Notes: generated by a model not told the origin, from the letters alone. A stretch of 64,000 nucleotides of DNA from Clostridia bacterium (GCA_017623475.1 JAGAPC010000017.1:37375-101374), one strand, 5' to 3'; positions 41,842-51,024 are shown, counted from the first letter of the stretch. Numbers and translations are program-made.

Positions 41842-41870
41842 TATGATATATATTATAGCACATCAAAAAA
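41842..41870 (-). promoter_or_regulatory. glg operon sigma-A promoter
   Basis: Minus strand: TTGCAA, 17 nt spacer, TATAAT. Confidence 0.55.
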
Positions 41871-42123
41871 TATTTTGCAACGGTTTTTTTGACGAAAGAT
41901 ATACAATTTTCATAAATTTCACAAAATGTACGCCACCACTTTGTAAAAATGCACAAAAATCGTCATCACTTCTTATGGATATTGACCGCCGCCGAAAAAA
42001 CGCCCTGTAATTATGAATAAAAACCGACAAAAATAAAACGATTTTGTAATGATTATTGCTTTTTCTTCATTTTTGTGGTATTATATTGATACATATAGCG
42101 TAATTTTTTACCGCGAGGTTTTT

Positions 42124-43266
42124 ATGAAGTATCAGTTGATTGCGCCCGCGGCCTTCGGCCTGGAGGCGGTCACCGCCCGGGAGCTGCAGACTTTGGGGTT
42201 TGAAGATACCCACACCGAGGACGGTCGGGTGTTTTTTTCCGGGGACGAGTACGGCGTGGCAAAAGCCAATCTCTGGCTGCGTACCGCCGCCCGGGTGCAG
42301 ATCTGTCTTGCCCGCTTTTCCGCCGTCACCTTTGAAGAGCTGTTTCAAGGGGTCAAGGCGCTTCCCTGGGGCGATTGGCTGCCGGAGGACGCCCGGTTCC
42401 CCGTGGACGGCAGGTCGGTCAAATCCACGTTGTTCAGCATTTCCGACTGCCAGGCGATTACCAAAAAGGCAATCGTTGAAAAATTAAAGGAAAAATACCA
42501 TCGGGATTATTTCGAAGAGACCGGCGCTCTGTACCGCATTGAGGTGGCTCTGTTAAAAGATACCGTCACCGTTACGCTGGATACGTCCGGTGCAGGACTA
42601 CATAAGAGAGGGTATCGCAAAATCGCCGGAGAAGCCCCCTTAAAAGAGACTATGGCGGCGGCGTTGATCGATCTGACCTATTGGAAGCCGGGACGGATCC
42701 TGGTCGATCCCATGTGTGGAACGGGGACGATTCCCATCGAAGCGGCGCTGATCGCCGAAAACCGCGCTCCGGGGTTGACGAGATCTTTTTCTGCAGAACA
42801 ATGGGACGGCTTTGCCTCCGCCTTTGCAAGGGCAAGGGAAGAGGCGGCGGATCTGATCCGTCCTTCCAAAGAAATTACCATTTTCGGCAGAGATATCGAC
42901 GCCAAAGCCGCCGACGTATCCCAAACCTGCGCCCGCCTTGCGGGGGTGCAGAACGCCATCCGGTTTGAACGGGCGGATATGCGGAAGTTTACGTCGGAAG
43001 AAAAATACGGATTCATTCTTACCAATCCCCCTTACGGCGAACGGCTGGGACAGGAGGAAGAAGTTCAGGCAATCTATCGGGATATGGGCAAGGTGTTCCG
43101 ATCTCTGGATACCTGGTCTTATTACGTCATTACCGCCCATCCGGAGTTCGAAAAATTATTCGGACGCAAGGCGGACAAGCGGCGGAAGCTGTTCAACGGT
43201 AGGTTGCCCTGTCAGTATTATCAGTATTTCGGTCCCAAGCCCCCGCGTCCGCCCAAGGGCGAATGA
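42124..43266 (+). CDS. THUMP-domain class I SAM-dependent RNA methyltransferase (RlmL/YpsC-like, COG0116)
   Basis: The N-terminus MKYQLIAPAAFGLEAV.. (ferredoxin-like/THUMP), DPMCGTGTIPIEAA SAM motif I and TNPPYGERLG motif IV. Confidence 0.85.
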   Translation: MKYQLIAPAAFGLEAVTARELQTLGFEDTHTEDGRVFFSGDEYGVAKANLWLRTAARVQICLARFSAVTFEELFQGVKALPWGDWLPEDARFPVDGRSVKSTLFSISDCQAITKKAIVEKLKEKYHRDYFEETGALYRIEVALLKDTVTVTLDTSGAGLHKRGYRKIAGEAPLKETMAAALIDLTYWKPGRILVDPMCGTGTIPIEAALIAENRAPGLTRSFSAEQWDGFASAFARAREEAADLIRPSKEITIFGRDIDAKAADVSQTCARLAGVQNAIRFERADMRKFTSEEKYGFILTNPPYGERLGQEEEVQAIYRDMGKVFRSLDTWSYYVITAHPEFEKLFGRKADKRRKLFNGRLPCQYYQYFGPKPPRPPKGE

Positions 43267-43309
43267 ATTTGAAAATAATTTACATAAAAATTAAAGAGGA
43301 GAAAATTTT

Positions 43310-44743
43310 ATGCAGAAACGAATTCTTTCCATTCTTCTGTGCCTTGTTCTGGCGCTGTCCCTCGCCGCGTGCGGGACGGTGACGGAAAATCCCACCGACG
43401 GTTCGGTTGGGGGTAGTATCACCGGCGATTCGGTGGATGCCTCCAATTCTTCGTCTTCGGAGACGAATACCGATTCTTTGACCGATCCTTCCTCCGGAAC
43501 GGTTACCGATTCGGTGACCGACGTTCTTTCCTCCGACAGCTCGGAATTTTCGGATCTGACCGACATGACGGACGACGTGGTTGACGTTGCCCCCGGCGGA
43601 GACGATTTGGGGGGCGGAAATCAGGATGCGTCCGATTCTTCCGGTTCCTCGGACTATATCCCGGAGGATACCTCAGGATCTTCTACGGATGGGGGAGATT
43701 GGTGGGAGGATACAAACTCTGGCACAACGACGCCCGAATCCGATTCCTCCGTTTCTTCGGATCAAAATACCGATTCTTCCGACACCTCGGAGGATGAATC
43801 GGAAAAGGTGGATGTTACGGAAGGACGCAAATTCCTTGCCACGGACATTACCAATCACGGCATCGTGGTCTTTAATCTGGACGCCTGTAACGGCGATTAT
43901 CAAAAATTGACCGACGACAGCGTTTCCGTTTTTTGGGAATGGACCTACGCCGATGACGTCAACGCAACCATGCGGGGACCCGGCTACGGAATCGATTCCG
44001 CAAAGCTTCGGTATTCTGCGTATTACGAGAAAGACGTAGTCATCGCCTGCTCCTCCGGCGGCTGGGCGGGGATCATCGATTATGAAAACCGCACCCTTCT
44101 GTGGGAAAGTAACGCAACGGAGATCGCAAACGCCCACTCCATCGAAATGCTTCCCAACGGAGACGTGGTGGTTGCTTCTTCTCAGGTGGCGACCAACGGA
44201 AAGCCCGGTCTGACTTATTTTGCCCTGTCCTCCGGGTCGCAAACGCCGACGCACACCATCATCAGCGATTCTGCCCACGGCGTCAGCTGGGATCCTGCCA
44301 ACGAATGTCTTTGGGTTTTGAATAACAAAGAGATCTACGCCGTGAAGGTGCAAAATCCGGGACGGAACGGAACCCTGCAGGTGGTGGAAGGAAGCGCCGT
44401 TGGCGGATTTGCCGGCGGGCACGCCCTATCGCCCGTTACGGGAAGCCCCGGAAAATATTGGGTCGGCGCCAACAGTACCATCTTCCAATTTGATACCAAG
44501 ACCAAAACCCTGACCAAGTGCGCCGACGTTTTGCAGCAGCCCGGCATTAAGGGAATCGCCTCCTTTGCCGACGGCACGGTGATTCTTGCGGCGCATAAGA
44601 TCGGCGGAGGCACCCCCACCTACGGCTGGTCGAGCGACGGCTTCCGTATCGTTTCTGCCAACGGAACGAGCGTTACCGTACCTTTCGATACCGATCACCG
44701 GGAATTTTATAAGGTTCAGCCCTTTACCCGGGATTATCAATAA
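43310..44743 (+). CDS. Paralog 1 of an uncharacterised lipoprotein family (long acidic S/T/D linker + ~300 aa conserved domain)
   Basis: Lipobox LSLAAC-G, a ~160 aa low-complexity linker, then the shared motif series ending REFYKVQPFTRDYQ. RBS AAGAGGAG. Confidence 0.9.
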   Translation: MQKRILSILLCLVLALSLAACGTVTENPTDGSVGGSITGDSVDASNSSSSETNTDSLTDPSSGTVTDSVTDVLSSDSSEFSDLTDMTDDVVDVAPGGDDLGGGNQDASDSSGSSDYIPEDTSGSSTDGGDWWEDTNSGTTTPESDSSVSSDQNTDSSDTSEDESEKVDVTEGRKFLATDITNHGIVVFNLDACNGDYQKLTDDSVSVFWEWTYADDVNATMRGPGYGIDSAKLRYSAYYEKDVVIACSSGGWAGIIDYENRTLLWESNATEIANAHSIEMLPNGDVVVASSQVATNGKPGLTYFALSSGSQTPTHTIISDSAHGVSWDPANECLWVLNNKEIYAVKVQNPGRNGTLQVVEGSAVGGFAGGHALSPVTGSPGKYWVGANSTIFQFDTKTKTLTKCADVLQQPGIKGIASFADGTVILAAHKIGGGTPTYGWSSDGFRIVSANGTSVTVPFDTDHREFYKVQPFTRDYQ

Positions 44744-44756
44744 AAAAAAGAGGTGT

Positions 44757-45887
44757 ATGATGATGAAAAAGATTTTTTGCCTATTCCTTTGCCTTTTGAT
44801 GGCGCTGTCTCTGGTTGCCTGCGGAGAAACGGGAGAACCCACCACCGGCGGATCTGATACTTCCGTCCAGGGCGGAACCGACGGCGGCAACACCGACACC
44901 TCCTCCGATTCGGGGGACGTGACGCTGAAGGGCTACGACGAATCCATCGAGCATAAGATTGTTGCCTGCGATATCCGAAACCACGGCATCGTGGTCTTTG
45001 ACCTGAACGCCGTCGGCGGAGATCCGGAGAGACTGACCGAGGACGCCGCCGTGATCTGGGAATGGGACGCGGAAGAAGACCCCAACTGTACGGGCGTTGC
45101 AAAAATTCAAACCAGCATTTCCGGCGTCCGCTACCGCTATTCCGAATATTACAAAAAAGACGTGATCGTTGCCTGCGCCACCTACGGCTGGGTCGGCATC
45201 ATTGATTACGAAACCTGCACCGTCCTTTGGGAAAGCACCGCCCCCATTTTGAACGGCGTTCACTCGGTGGAAATGCTTCCCAACGGTGACGTGGTCGCAG
45301 GGGTTTCGTCGAATCCGGGCGCAGTCGTTTATTTTGCCGTTTCCGCCGGGATCAAAGATCCGGTTCATTCGATTGACAGTCTTTGGTGTCACGGCGTTTG
45401 CTGGGATCCGGAAAACGAATGTCTCTGGGTTTTGGAAACTTACGGCGCCTACCAAGCGTTGATCCAAAATATGGGAACGGAAAACGCCAAGCTGGTGCGG
45501 ATCTCCGGCAGCGGCGCGAACTTCGTCGGGGACGGCGGCGGACACGCCTTTGCTCCCGTTTTGGGCGAGCCCGGTAAGTATTGGGCGTCTGCCGGAAAAG
45601 CCCTTTGGAAATTCGATACGGAAACCGAAACCATGACGAAAGCAAGCAAGCTGTTGAGTAAGGGCAGCATCAAGGGGGTATGCTCCTTCTCCGACGGTAC
45701 GGTGGTGGAATCCATCGCCGGGCTGTGCAAGACCAACGAAAGAGAGTTCGGAAGCGACGGGCTTCGGGTTATTTTAAAGGAATTGAACACCGGCAAGGTT
45801 TCTTCCGTAAAGGACGTGGAATATATCGTTCATTTCCCTGCCCGTGAATTTTATAAGGTGCAAGCCTTTACGAAAAATTATCAATAA
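44757..45887 (+). CDS. Paralog 2 of the uncharacterised lipoprotein family
   Basis: MMMKKIFCLFLCLLMALSLVAC-G lipobox; the start is 13 nt after the paralog 1 stop. Conserved motifs HKIVACDIRNHGIVVFDL, HSVEMLPNGDVV, HGVCWDPENECLWVLE and ending FYKVQAFTKNYQ. Confidence 0.9.
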   Translation: MMMKKIFCLFLCLLMALSLVACGETGEPTTGGSDTSVQGGTDGGNTDTSSDSGDVTLKGYDESIEHKIVACDIRNHGIVVFDLNAVGGDPERLTEDAAVIWEWDAEEDPNCTGVAKIQTSISGVRYRYSEYYKKDVIVACATYGWVGIIDYETCTVLWESTAPILNGVHSVEMLPNGDVVAGVSSNPGAVVYFAVSAGIKDPVHSIDSLWCHGVCWDPENECLWVLETYGAYQALIQNMGTENAKLVRISGSGANFVGDGGGHAFAPVLGEPGKYWASAGKALWKFDTETETMTKASKLLSKGSIKGVCSFSDGTVVESIAGLCKTNEREFGSDGLRVILKELNTGKVSSVKDVEYIVHFPAREFYKVQAFTKNYQ

Positions 45888-45905
45888 CAGAGGAGATGTC
45901 GTGCT

Positions 45906-47024
45906 ATGAAAAAACGCATTTTAGCGCTATTTCTGCTGATTGCACTTGCATTTTCCTTGACTGCCTGCGGCGGAGATGCGGGAAGCACCGATTCTTCCCT
46001 CAATTCCGACGTTTCCGTGCAGACGGGTACGGAGGACGGATCGTCCGATACGGGGGAAGATGTGCAATTAAAGGGATACGACAGTTCCATTGAGCATAAG
46101 TTTATCGCTTGCGATATCCGAAATCACAGCGTCGTGGTTTTCGATCTGGACGCCGTCGGCGGTGATCCCACGCGGTTGGAAGAGGATGCCGCGGTGGTTT
46201 GGGAATGGGATGCGGACGACGATCCGAAGGTGACGCTGGGCATCGGTCCCAATTACGGCATTGACTCTGCAAAATACCGCTATTCCGAATATTACAAAAA
46301 AGACGTTATGATCGTCTGCTCCTCCAACGGTTGGGTCGGCATCGTGGATTACGAGGCAAAATCGCTGCTTTGGGAATATCAGTTGAGCTCCGGACCTCAC
46401 TCGGTGGAAATGCTTCCCTGCGGGGATTTGGTCGTAGCTTCCTCCTTTGATCCCGGTGCTTTGTATTATTTTGCGATTTCCGCCGGCATCGACGCGCCGG
46501 TTCATTCGATCCCCAGCCTCTATTGCCACGGCGTTTCCTGGGATCCGGAAAACGAATGTCTGTGGGTTTTGGAGCATTACGGCGCCTACCAGGCGGTAAT
46601 CCAAAATATGGGAACGGAAAACGCCAAGCTGGTACGGATCTCCGGCAGCGGTGCGAGCTTTGTCGGGGATGGCGGAGGACACGCCTTTGCTCCCATTTTG
46701 GGCGAGCCCGGCAAGTATTGGGCATCGGCAGTAAAGGGACTTTGGAAGTTTGACACCGAAACCGAAACCATGACGAAGGCAAGCGCCTTGCTGACCAAGG
46801 GGCACGTCAAGGGAATCTGCTCGTATTCGGACGGTACGGTGGTGGAAGCGGTCGCCGGACTGTGCAAAAACAACACGTTGGAGTTCGGCAGCGACGGGCT
46901 TCGGGTAATTCTGAAGGAATTAAAAACCGGGAAGGTTTCCTCGGTGAGAGACGCGGAATATATCGTTCCCTTTGTAAGCCGTGAATTCTATAAAATTCAA
47001 CCCTTTACGAAGGATTATCAATAA
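45906..47024 (+). CDS. Paralog 3 of the uncharacterised lipoprotein family
   Basis: MKKRILALFLLIALAFSLTAC-G and the same motif series. The 3' half is nearly identical to paralog 2 at nucleotide level. Confidence 0.9.
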   Translation: MKKRILALFLLIALAFSLTACGGDAGSTDSSLNSDVSVQTGTEDGSSDTGEDVQLKGYDSSIEHKFIACDIRNHSVVVFDLDAVGGDPTRLEEDAAVVWEWDADDDPKVTLGIGPNYGIDSAKYRYSEYYKKDVMIVCSSNGWVGIVDYEAKSLLWEYQLSSGPHSVEMLPCGDLVVASSFDPGALYYFAISAGIDAPVHSIPSLYCHGVSWDPENECLWVLEHYGAYQAVIQNMGTENAKLVRISGSGASFVGDGGGHAFAPILGEPGKYWASAVKGLWKFDTETETMTKASALLTKGHVKGICSYSDGTVVEAVAGLCKNNTLEFGSDGLRVILKELKTGKVSSVRDAEYIVPFVSREFYKIQPFTKDYQ

Positions 47025-47042
47025 TAAAAGGAGTATCATGTT

Positions 47043-48191
47043 ATGAAAAAACGTATTTTAGCGCTGTTTCTGTTGGTCGTGCTGGCACTTTCTTTGGTCG
47101 CCTGCGGCGGAGATCCGGTGAATCCCGATCCCGGTTCTGATTCCAACGTCCCCGTTTCCTCCGGAAATACGGATGCGGAATCCTCCGATTCCAACACCTC
47201 CGATCAAGGAGAAGACACGAAGGTGGAGGGCTACGACGCTTCCATCGAGCACAAATTCCTTGCCTGCGACATCACCAGCCACGGCATCGTGGTCTTTGAC
47301 CTGAACAAATGCGAGGGAGATTGGCAAAACCTGACCAACGACAGTATGTCCGTTGTTTGGGAATGGATTCCCGAACAGGATCCGAACCTGAAAACAGCCG
47401 GCCCCGGTCTTGGAATCGACTCTGCAAAATACCGTTATTCTCCCATTTATGAAAAGGACGTCATCATCGCCTGCTCCTCCAATGGTTGGGTGGGGATCAT
47501 CGATTACGAAGCAAAAACTCTGCTTTGGGAAACGGTCATTCATTCCGGACCTCACTCGGTGGAAATGCTTCCCAACGGAGATCTGATGGTTGCTTCTTCC
47601 TACGATCCGGGCGAATTGGTGTATTTTGCCCTTTCCGCCGATATTAACGAGCCGGTTCACTCTATTCCCAGTATCTACTGTCACGGCGTTTCCTGGGATC
47701 CGGAAAACGAATGTCTGTGGGTTTTGGAAGACAATGGGGTTTACCAGGCATACGTTCAAAATCCGGGCGAAAACGGTAAGATCGTCCGTATCAGCGGCTC
47801 CGGCGATATCTTTGATAAGAACGAAACCGCAGGACACGCCCTTGCTCCCGTCGCCGGTCAGCCCGGTACTTATTGGGTTTCCTCCGGCTCTCAGCTGTGG
47901 CAGTTCAGCGTGGAAGATGAGGATCTGATCAACAAATTCTCCCGCTATAACGATTTGACGCAGGTCAGCATTAAGGGAATCTGCTCCTTCTCCGACGGTA
48001 CGGTCGTGCAGTCGGTTGCCGGGTTGTGCGGCAGCAGCACCCAGCAGTGGAGCAGTGACGGACTCCGTATTATTACCAGAGAGCTGACCCCCGGAAAGGT
48101 TCAGACCCTGAAGGACGTGGTTACGGTTGTTCCCTTCAATCACCGGGAATTTTATAAGATTCAGGCATTCACCAAAGAATATCAGCCCTGA
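47043..48191 (+). CDS. Paralog 4 of the uncharacterised lipoprotein family
   Basis: MKKRILALFLLVVLALSLVAC-G, the same motif series, ends FYKIQAFTKEYQP. Confidence 0.9.
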   Translation: MKKRILALFLLVVLALSLVACGGDPVNPDPGSDSNVPVSSGNTDAESSDSNTSDQGEDTKVEGYDASIEHKFLACDITSHGIVVFDLNKCEGDWQNLTNDSMSVVWEWIPEQDPNLKTAGPGLGIDSAKYRYSPIYEKDVIIACSSNGWVGIIDYEAKTLLWETVIHSGPHSVEMLPNGDLMVASSYDPGELVYFALSADINEPVHSIPSIYCHGVSWDPENECLWVLEDNGVYQAYVQNPGENGKIVRISGSGDIFDKNETAGHALAPVAGQPGTYWVSSGSQLWQFSVEDEDLINKFSRYNDLTQVSIKGICSFSDGTVVQSVAGLCGSSTQQWSSDGLRIITRELTPGKVQTLKDVVTVVPFNHREFYKIQAFTKEYQP

Positions 48192-48210
48192 TGAAAAGGA
48201 GTTTAACGCA

Positions 48211-49335
48211 ATGAAAAAACGCATTTTAGCCTTGTTTTTGCTGGTTGTGTTGGCATTTTCGTTGGTGGCGTGCGGCGGCGATCCCGTTGACACGAACACC
48301 GGATCCGATTCCAGCCTTCCGGCCTCTTCCAATAATTCCGACGTATCCTCCAATACCGACAATTCCGATTCCGGGGATGAGGTAAACAAGGGATATGACG
48401 AAACCATGGAACATAAGATCATTATTTCCGACCGGGAAGCCCATAAGATCCTTGTCATGGATCTGAACGCTTGCAACGGTGATTTTGAGGCGTTGCCCGA
48501 TTCGGACAGCGCAATCGTTTGGGAATACGATCTGGCAAATGATCCCAACCGGAAGACGAGAGACGCCGGTGCCGGTTTGGACTCTGCAAAATATCGTTAT
48601 TCTCCCTATTATGGGAAAGACGTTGTCATCGCCTGCTCTTCCGATGGATGGGCAGGGGTAGTCGATTATGAAGCAAAAACGTTGCTTTGGGAATCGGACG
48701 CTCCGGTTTTGCACAATGCCCACTCGATTGAAATGCTCCCCAACGGCGACGTTGTCGTTGCCGTTGCGAAGGATACTGATGATGCAGGATTGGTGTATTT
48801 CCCCCTTTCTGCCGGTGTTAACACTTACAGCTCTGCCATCCCCAGCAAATATAGTCACGGCGTTTGTTGGGATCCGGAAAACGAGTGGCTTTGGGTGTTG
48901 GAAAATACGGAAACCGTCGCCATTAAAGTAAACGGCATGGGGACGGAAGATGCCAAATTGGTTCGTCTTTCCGGACTTGGTGCACAATCTCAAGGGGGCG
49001 GTGGCGGTCACGCCTTTGCTCCGGTAGGCGGACAGCCCGGAAAGTATTGGGCTTCCTTCGGCGGAAAAGTATATCAGTTTGATTCCGTGGAAGAAGAAAT
49101 GATTCCCGATGCCTATTTCAGCTCCCGCGATACGAAGGGGATTTGTTCCTTTTCCGATGGAACGGTCGTTCAGATCGTCGCCGATGAGGATACGGTGGTT
49201 TCTTCCGATATTCACATCGTGATCCGTAAGCTTTCCGGCGGGAAGAAGCAAGAGCTTCGCAACGTGGAAACGGTGGTCAATTTCCCCGGAATGGTTTTCT
49301 ATAAGGTTCAGGCATTTACGAAAGACTATCAATAA
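48211..49335 (+). CDS. Paralog 5 of the uncharacterised lipoprotein family
   Basis: MKKRILALFLLVVLAFSLVAC-G (ATG 48211, 19 nt after the paralog 4 stop), the same motif series, ends FYKVQAFTKDYQ. Confidence 0.9.
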   Translation: MKKRILALFLLVVLAFSLVACGGDPVDTNTGSDSSLPASSNNSDVSSNTDNSDSGDEVNKGYDETMEHKIIISDREAHKILVMDLNACNGDFEALPDSDSAIVWEYDLANDPNRKTRDAGAGLDSAKYRYSPYYGKDVVIACSSDGWAGVVDYEAKTLLWESDAPVLHNAHSIEMLPNGDVVVAVAKDTDDAGLVYFPLSAGVNTYSSAIPSKYSHGVCWDPENEWLWVLENTETVAIKVNGMGTEDAKLVRLSGLGAQSQGGGGGHAFAPVGGQPGKYWASFGGKVYQFDSVEEEMIPDAYFSSRDTKGICSFSDGTVVQIVADEDTVVSSDIHIVIRKLSGGKKQELRNVETVVNFPGMVFYKVQAFTKDYQ

Positions 49336-49353
49336 TCGAAAGATCGTTATTTT

Positions 49354-50493
49354 ATGAAGAAGCGCATTTTTTCCTTATTTCTTTGTGTTTTAATATCGCT
49401 TTCATTCGTCGCCTGCGGGGGAACTTCTCCCGCAGACGATTCTGTGCAGACCGATTCCGATAAGACAAGCGTGAACGTAAGCACGAAGACCGATAAAAAC
49501 ACCGATACCAACGACGGAGACACCGACGAAAAGGAAGAAGAAATCCCGGGTTATGATCCGACGATGGAGCATAAATTCATCGCCTGTGATATTATCAGCC
49601 ACGGGATCGTCGTCTTTGATCTGAACGCCTGCGACGGAGATTTTCAGCGGTTGACCGACGACGACGTTGCCGTGGTGTGGGAATGGGATCCGGAAGAAGA
49701 TCCAAACCTGAAAACCAAGGGCCCCAATTTGGGAATCGACTCGGCAAAATATCGTTATTCTTCCTATTATGAAAAAGACGTGATGATCGCCTGTTCTTCC
49801 AATGGATGGGTGGGTATCATCGATTACGAGGCAAAAACTCTGCTTTGGGAAACGACCGTCAGCGGTGGCCCTCACTCGGTGGAAATGCTTCCCAACGGAG
49901 ATCTGGTGGTGGGATGTTCCTCAAAACCGGGAGCGTTGGTGTATTACGCCATTTCTGCCGGTTATAACAAAAAGGTTCATTCGATTCCCAGTTTGTACTG
50001 CCACGGCGTTTCTTGGGATCCGGAAGAAGAATGTCTTTGGGTGCTGGAACACACCGGCGTTTACGCGGCGGTCATTGAAAATATGGGGACGAAAAACGGA
50101 AAGATCATTCGCATCGACCGTTCCGGCGCCCAGTTCCCCAAAAACTATACCGGCGGACACGCCTTTTCCCCCGTTGCAGGACAACCGGGCAGATATTGGG
50201 CTTCCTCCGGTGGAGATCTCTGGCAGTTCGACGCCAACGATGAGAAGATGTACAGCAATTACCCCATGAATCTTTACCTGTCACGGGGCTCAATCAAGGG
50301 CGTTACGTCCTTTGCCGACGGCACGGTTATCGAAACCATCGGCGGAATTGGGAACAACTCTCAAAGCTGGAGCAGTGCCGGATTTTTGATCGTCACCCGG
50401 GATCGGGAAACCCAGGAGGTCAAATCGGAATACGTCTTATTCGACCATCGGGATTTTTATAAGATCCAACCCTTCACGAAGGATTATCAATAA
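49354..50493 (+). CDS. Paralog 6 of the uncharacterised lipoprotein family
   Basis: MKKRIFSLFLCVLISLSFVAC-G, the same motif series, ends FYKIQPFTKDYQ. Confidence 0.9.
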   Translation: MKKRIFSLFLCVLISLSFVACGGTSPADDSVQTDSDKTSVNVSTKTDKNTDTNDGDTDEKEEEIPGYDPTMEHKFIACDIISHGIVVFDLNACDGDFQRLTDDDVAVVWEWDPEEDPNLKTKGPNLGIDSAKYRYSSYYEKDVMIACSSNGWVGIIDYEAKTLLWETTVSGGPHSVEMLPNGDLVVGCSSKPGALVYYAISAGYNKKVHSIPSLYCHGVSWDPEEECLWVLEHTGVYAAVIENMGTKNGKIIRIDRSGAQFPKNYTGGHAFSPVAGQPGRYWASSGGDLWQFDANDEKMYSNYPMNLYLSRGSIKGVTSFADGTVIETIGGIGNNSQSWSSAGFLIVTRDRETQEVKSEYVLFDHRDFYKIQPFTKDYQ

Positions 50494-50507
50494 CCCAAAA
50501 CGAAGAA

Positions 50508-50545
50508 ATACCGCCCTCGAAAGGGGACGGTATTTTTGTATAAAG
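50508..50545 (+). terminator. Intrinsic terminator after the lipoprotein array
   Basis: ATACCGCCC-TCGAAA-GGGGACGGTAT followed by TTTTTG. Confidence 0.7.
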
Positions 50546-50650
50546 ACGATCGGAAAGATGGTTTTCCGCTTTTTGCGTGTGATTTATATATTTGATTTAT
50601 AATTCGTCGGCAAAGCCGACCCCGAAAGTATTCATCAGCGTAAGCGCCTT

Positions 50651-50687
50651 CATTATTCATTACGAAAATCCGTTTTAATGAATAATG
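50651..50687. repeat. Perfect 12 bp inverted repeat CATTATTCATTA-N13-TAATGAATAATG, followed by degenerate AATGAA repeats
   Basis: Read directly from the sequence; intergenic and AT-rich. Confidence 0.8.
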
Positions 50688-50715
50688 AAAAATGAACAGT
50701 GAATAATACAAAACA

Positions 50716-50750
50716 AAAATCCTGCCGACAAGAATCGACAGGATTTTCGT
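50716..50750 (-). terminator. Probable displaced native terminator of tRNA-Ser
   Basis: On the minus strand, directly after the left copy of the tRNA 3'-end repeat: AAAATCCTGTCG-ATTCTTG-TCGGCAGGATTTT then GTTTTG. Confidence 0.6.
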
Positions 50751-50765
50751 TTTGGCGGAGAGTTA
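50751..50765. repeat. Left copy of the 15 bp direct repeat TTTGGCGGAGAGTTA (att-like; duplicates the last 13 nt of tRNA-Ser)
   Basis: An identical 15-mer occurs at 60470-60484, where it overlaps the tRNA 3' end. Confidence 0.85.
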
Positions 50766-51024
50766 AAAACACAGTAAAAATCAGGGTCTAAAAGTCTTCT
50801 CCGATTTTACCGAGTTCTAATGGATTTTTGAGAAAGTCTATTAGAATTTTTTATAGAACTGCGCTTATTTTCACTCCAAAATCATCCCTTTGGCAGTGCA
50901 ATAAAAAGCACCGGTTGAGGCATACAGCACACAAAATCGTGTTGACTTTTTACAACCGAGAATAAAAATGCGGTAATCTTTATGGCATTATTTCGAAAAA
51001 ATTATAAAATACAACGTTTATATA

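Noticed and set aside
43310-50493. Whether the ~1.15 kb periodic repetition is a CRISPR array, satellite or assembly artefact.
   Set aside because: The repeat units are full protein-coding genes with their own RBS, lipobox and stop. The copies are diverged rather than identical, and there are no short repeat-spacer units. It was treated as a paralog array. An assembly artefact cannot be fully excluded without reads.
50487-50711. 74 aa minus-strand ORF in the intergenic region after the lipoprotein array.
   Set aside because: It covers two terminators and the AT-rich palindrome, has no RBS and has implausible composition. It is more likely non-coding.
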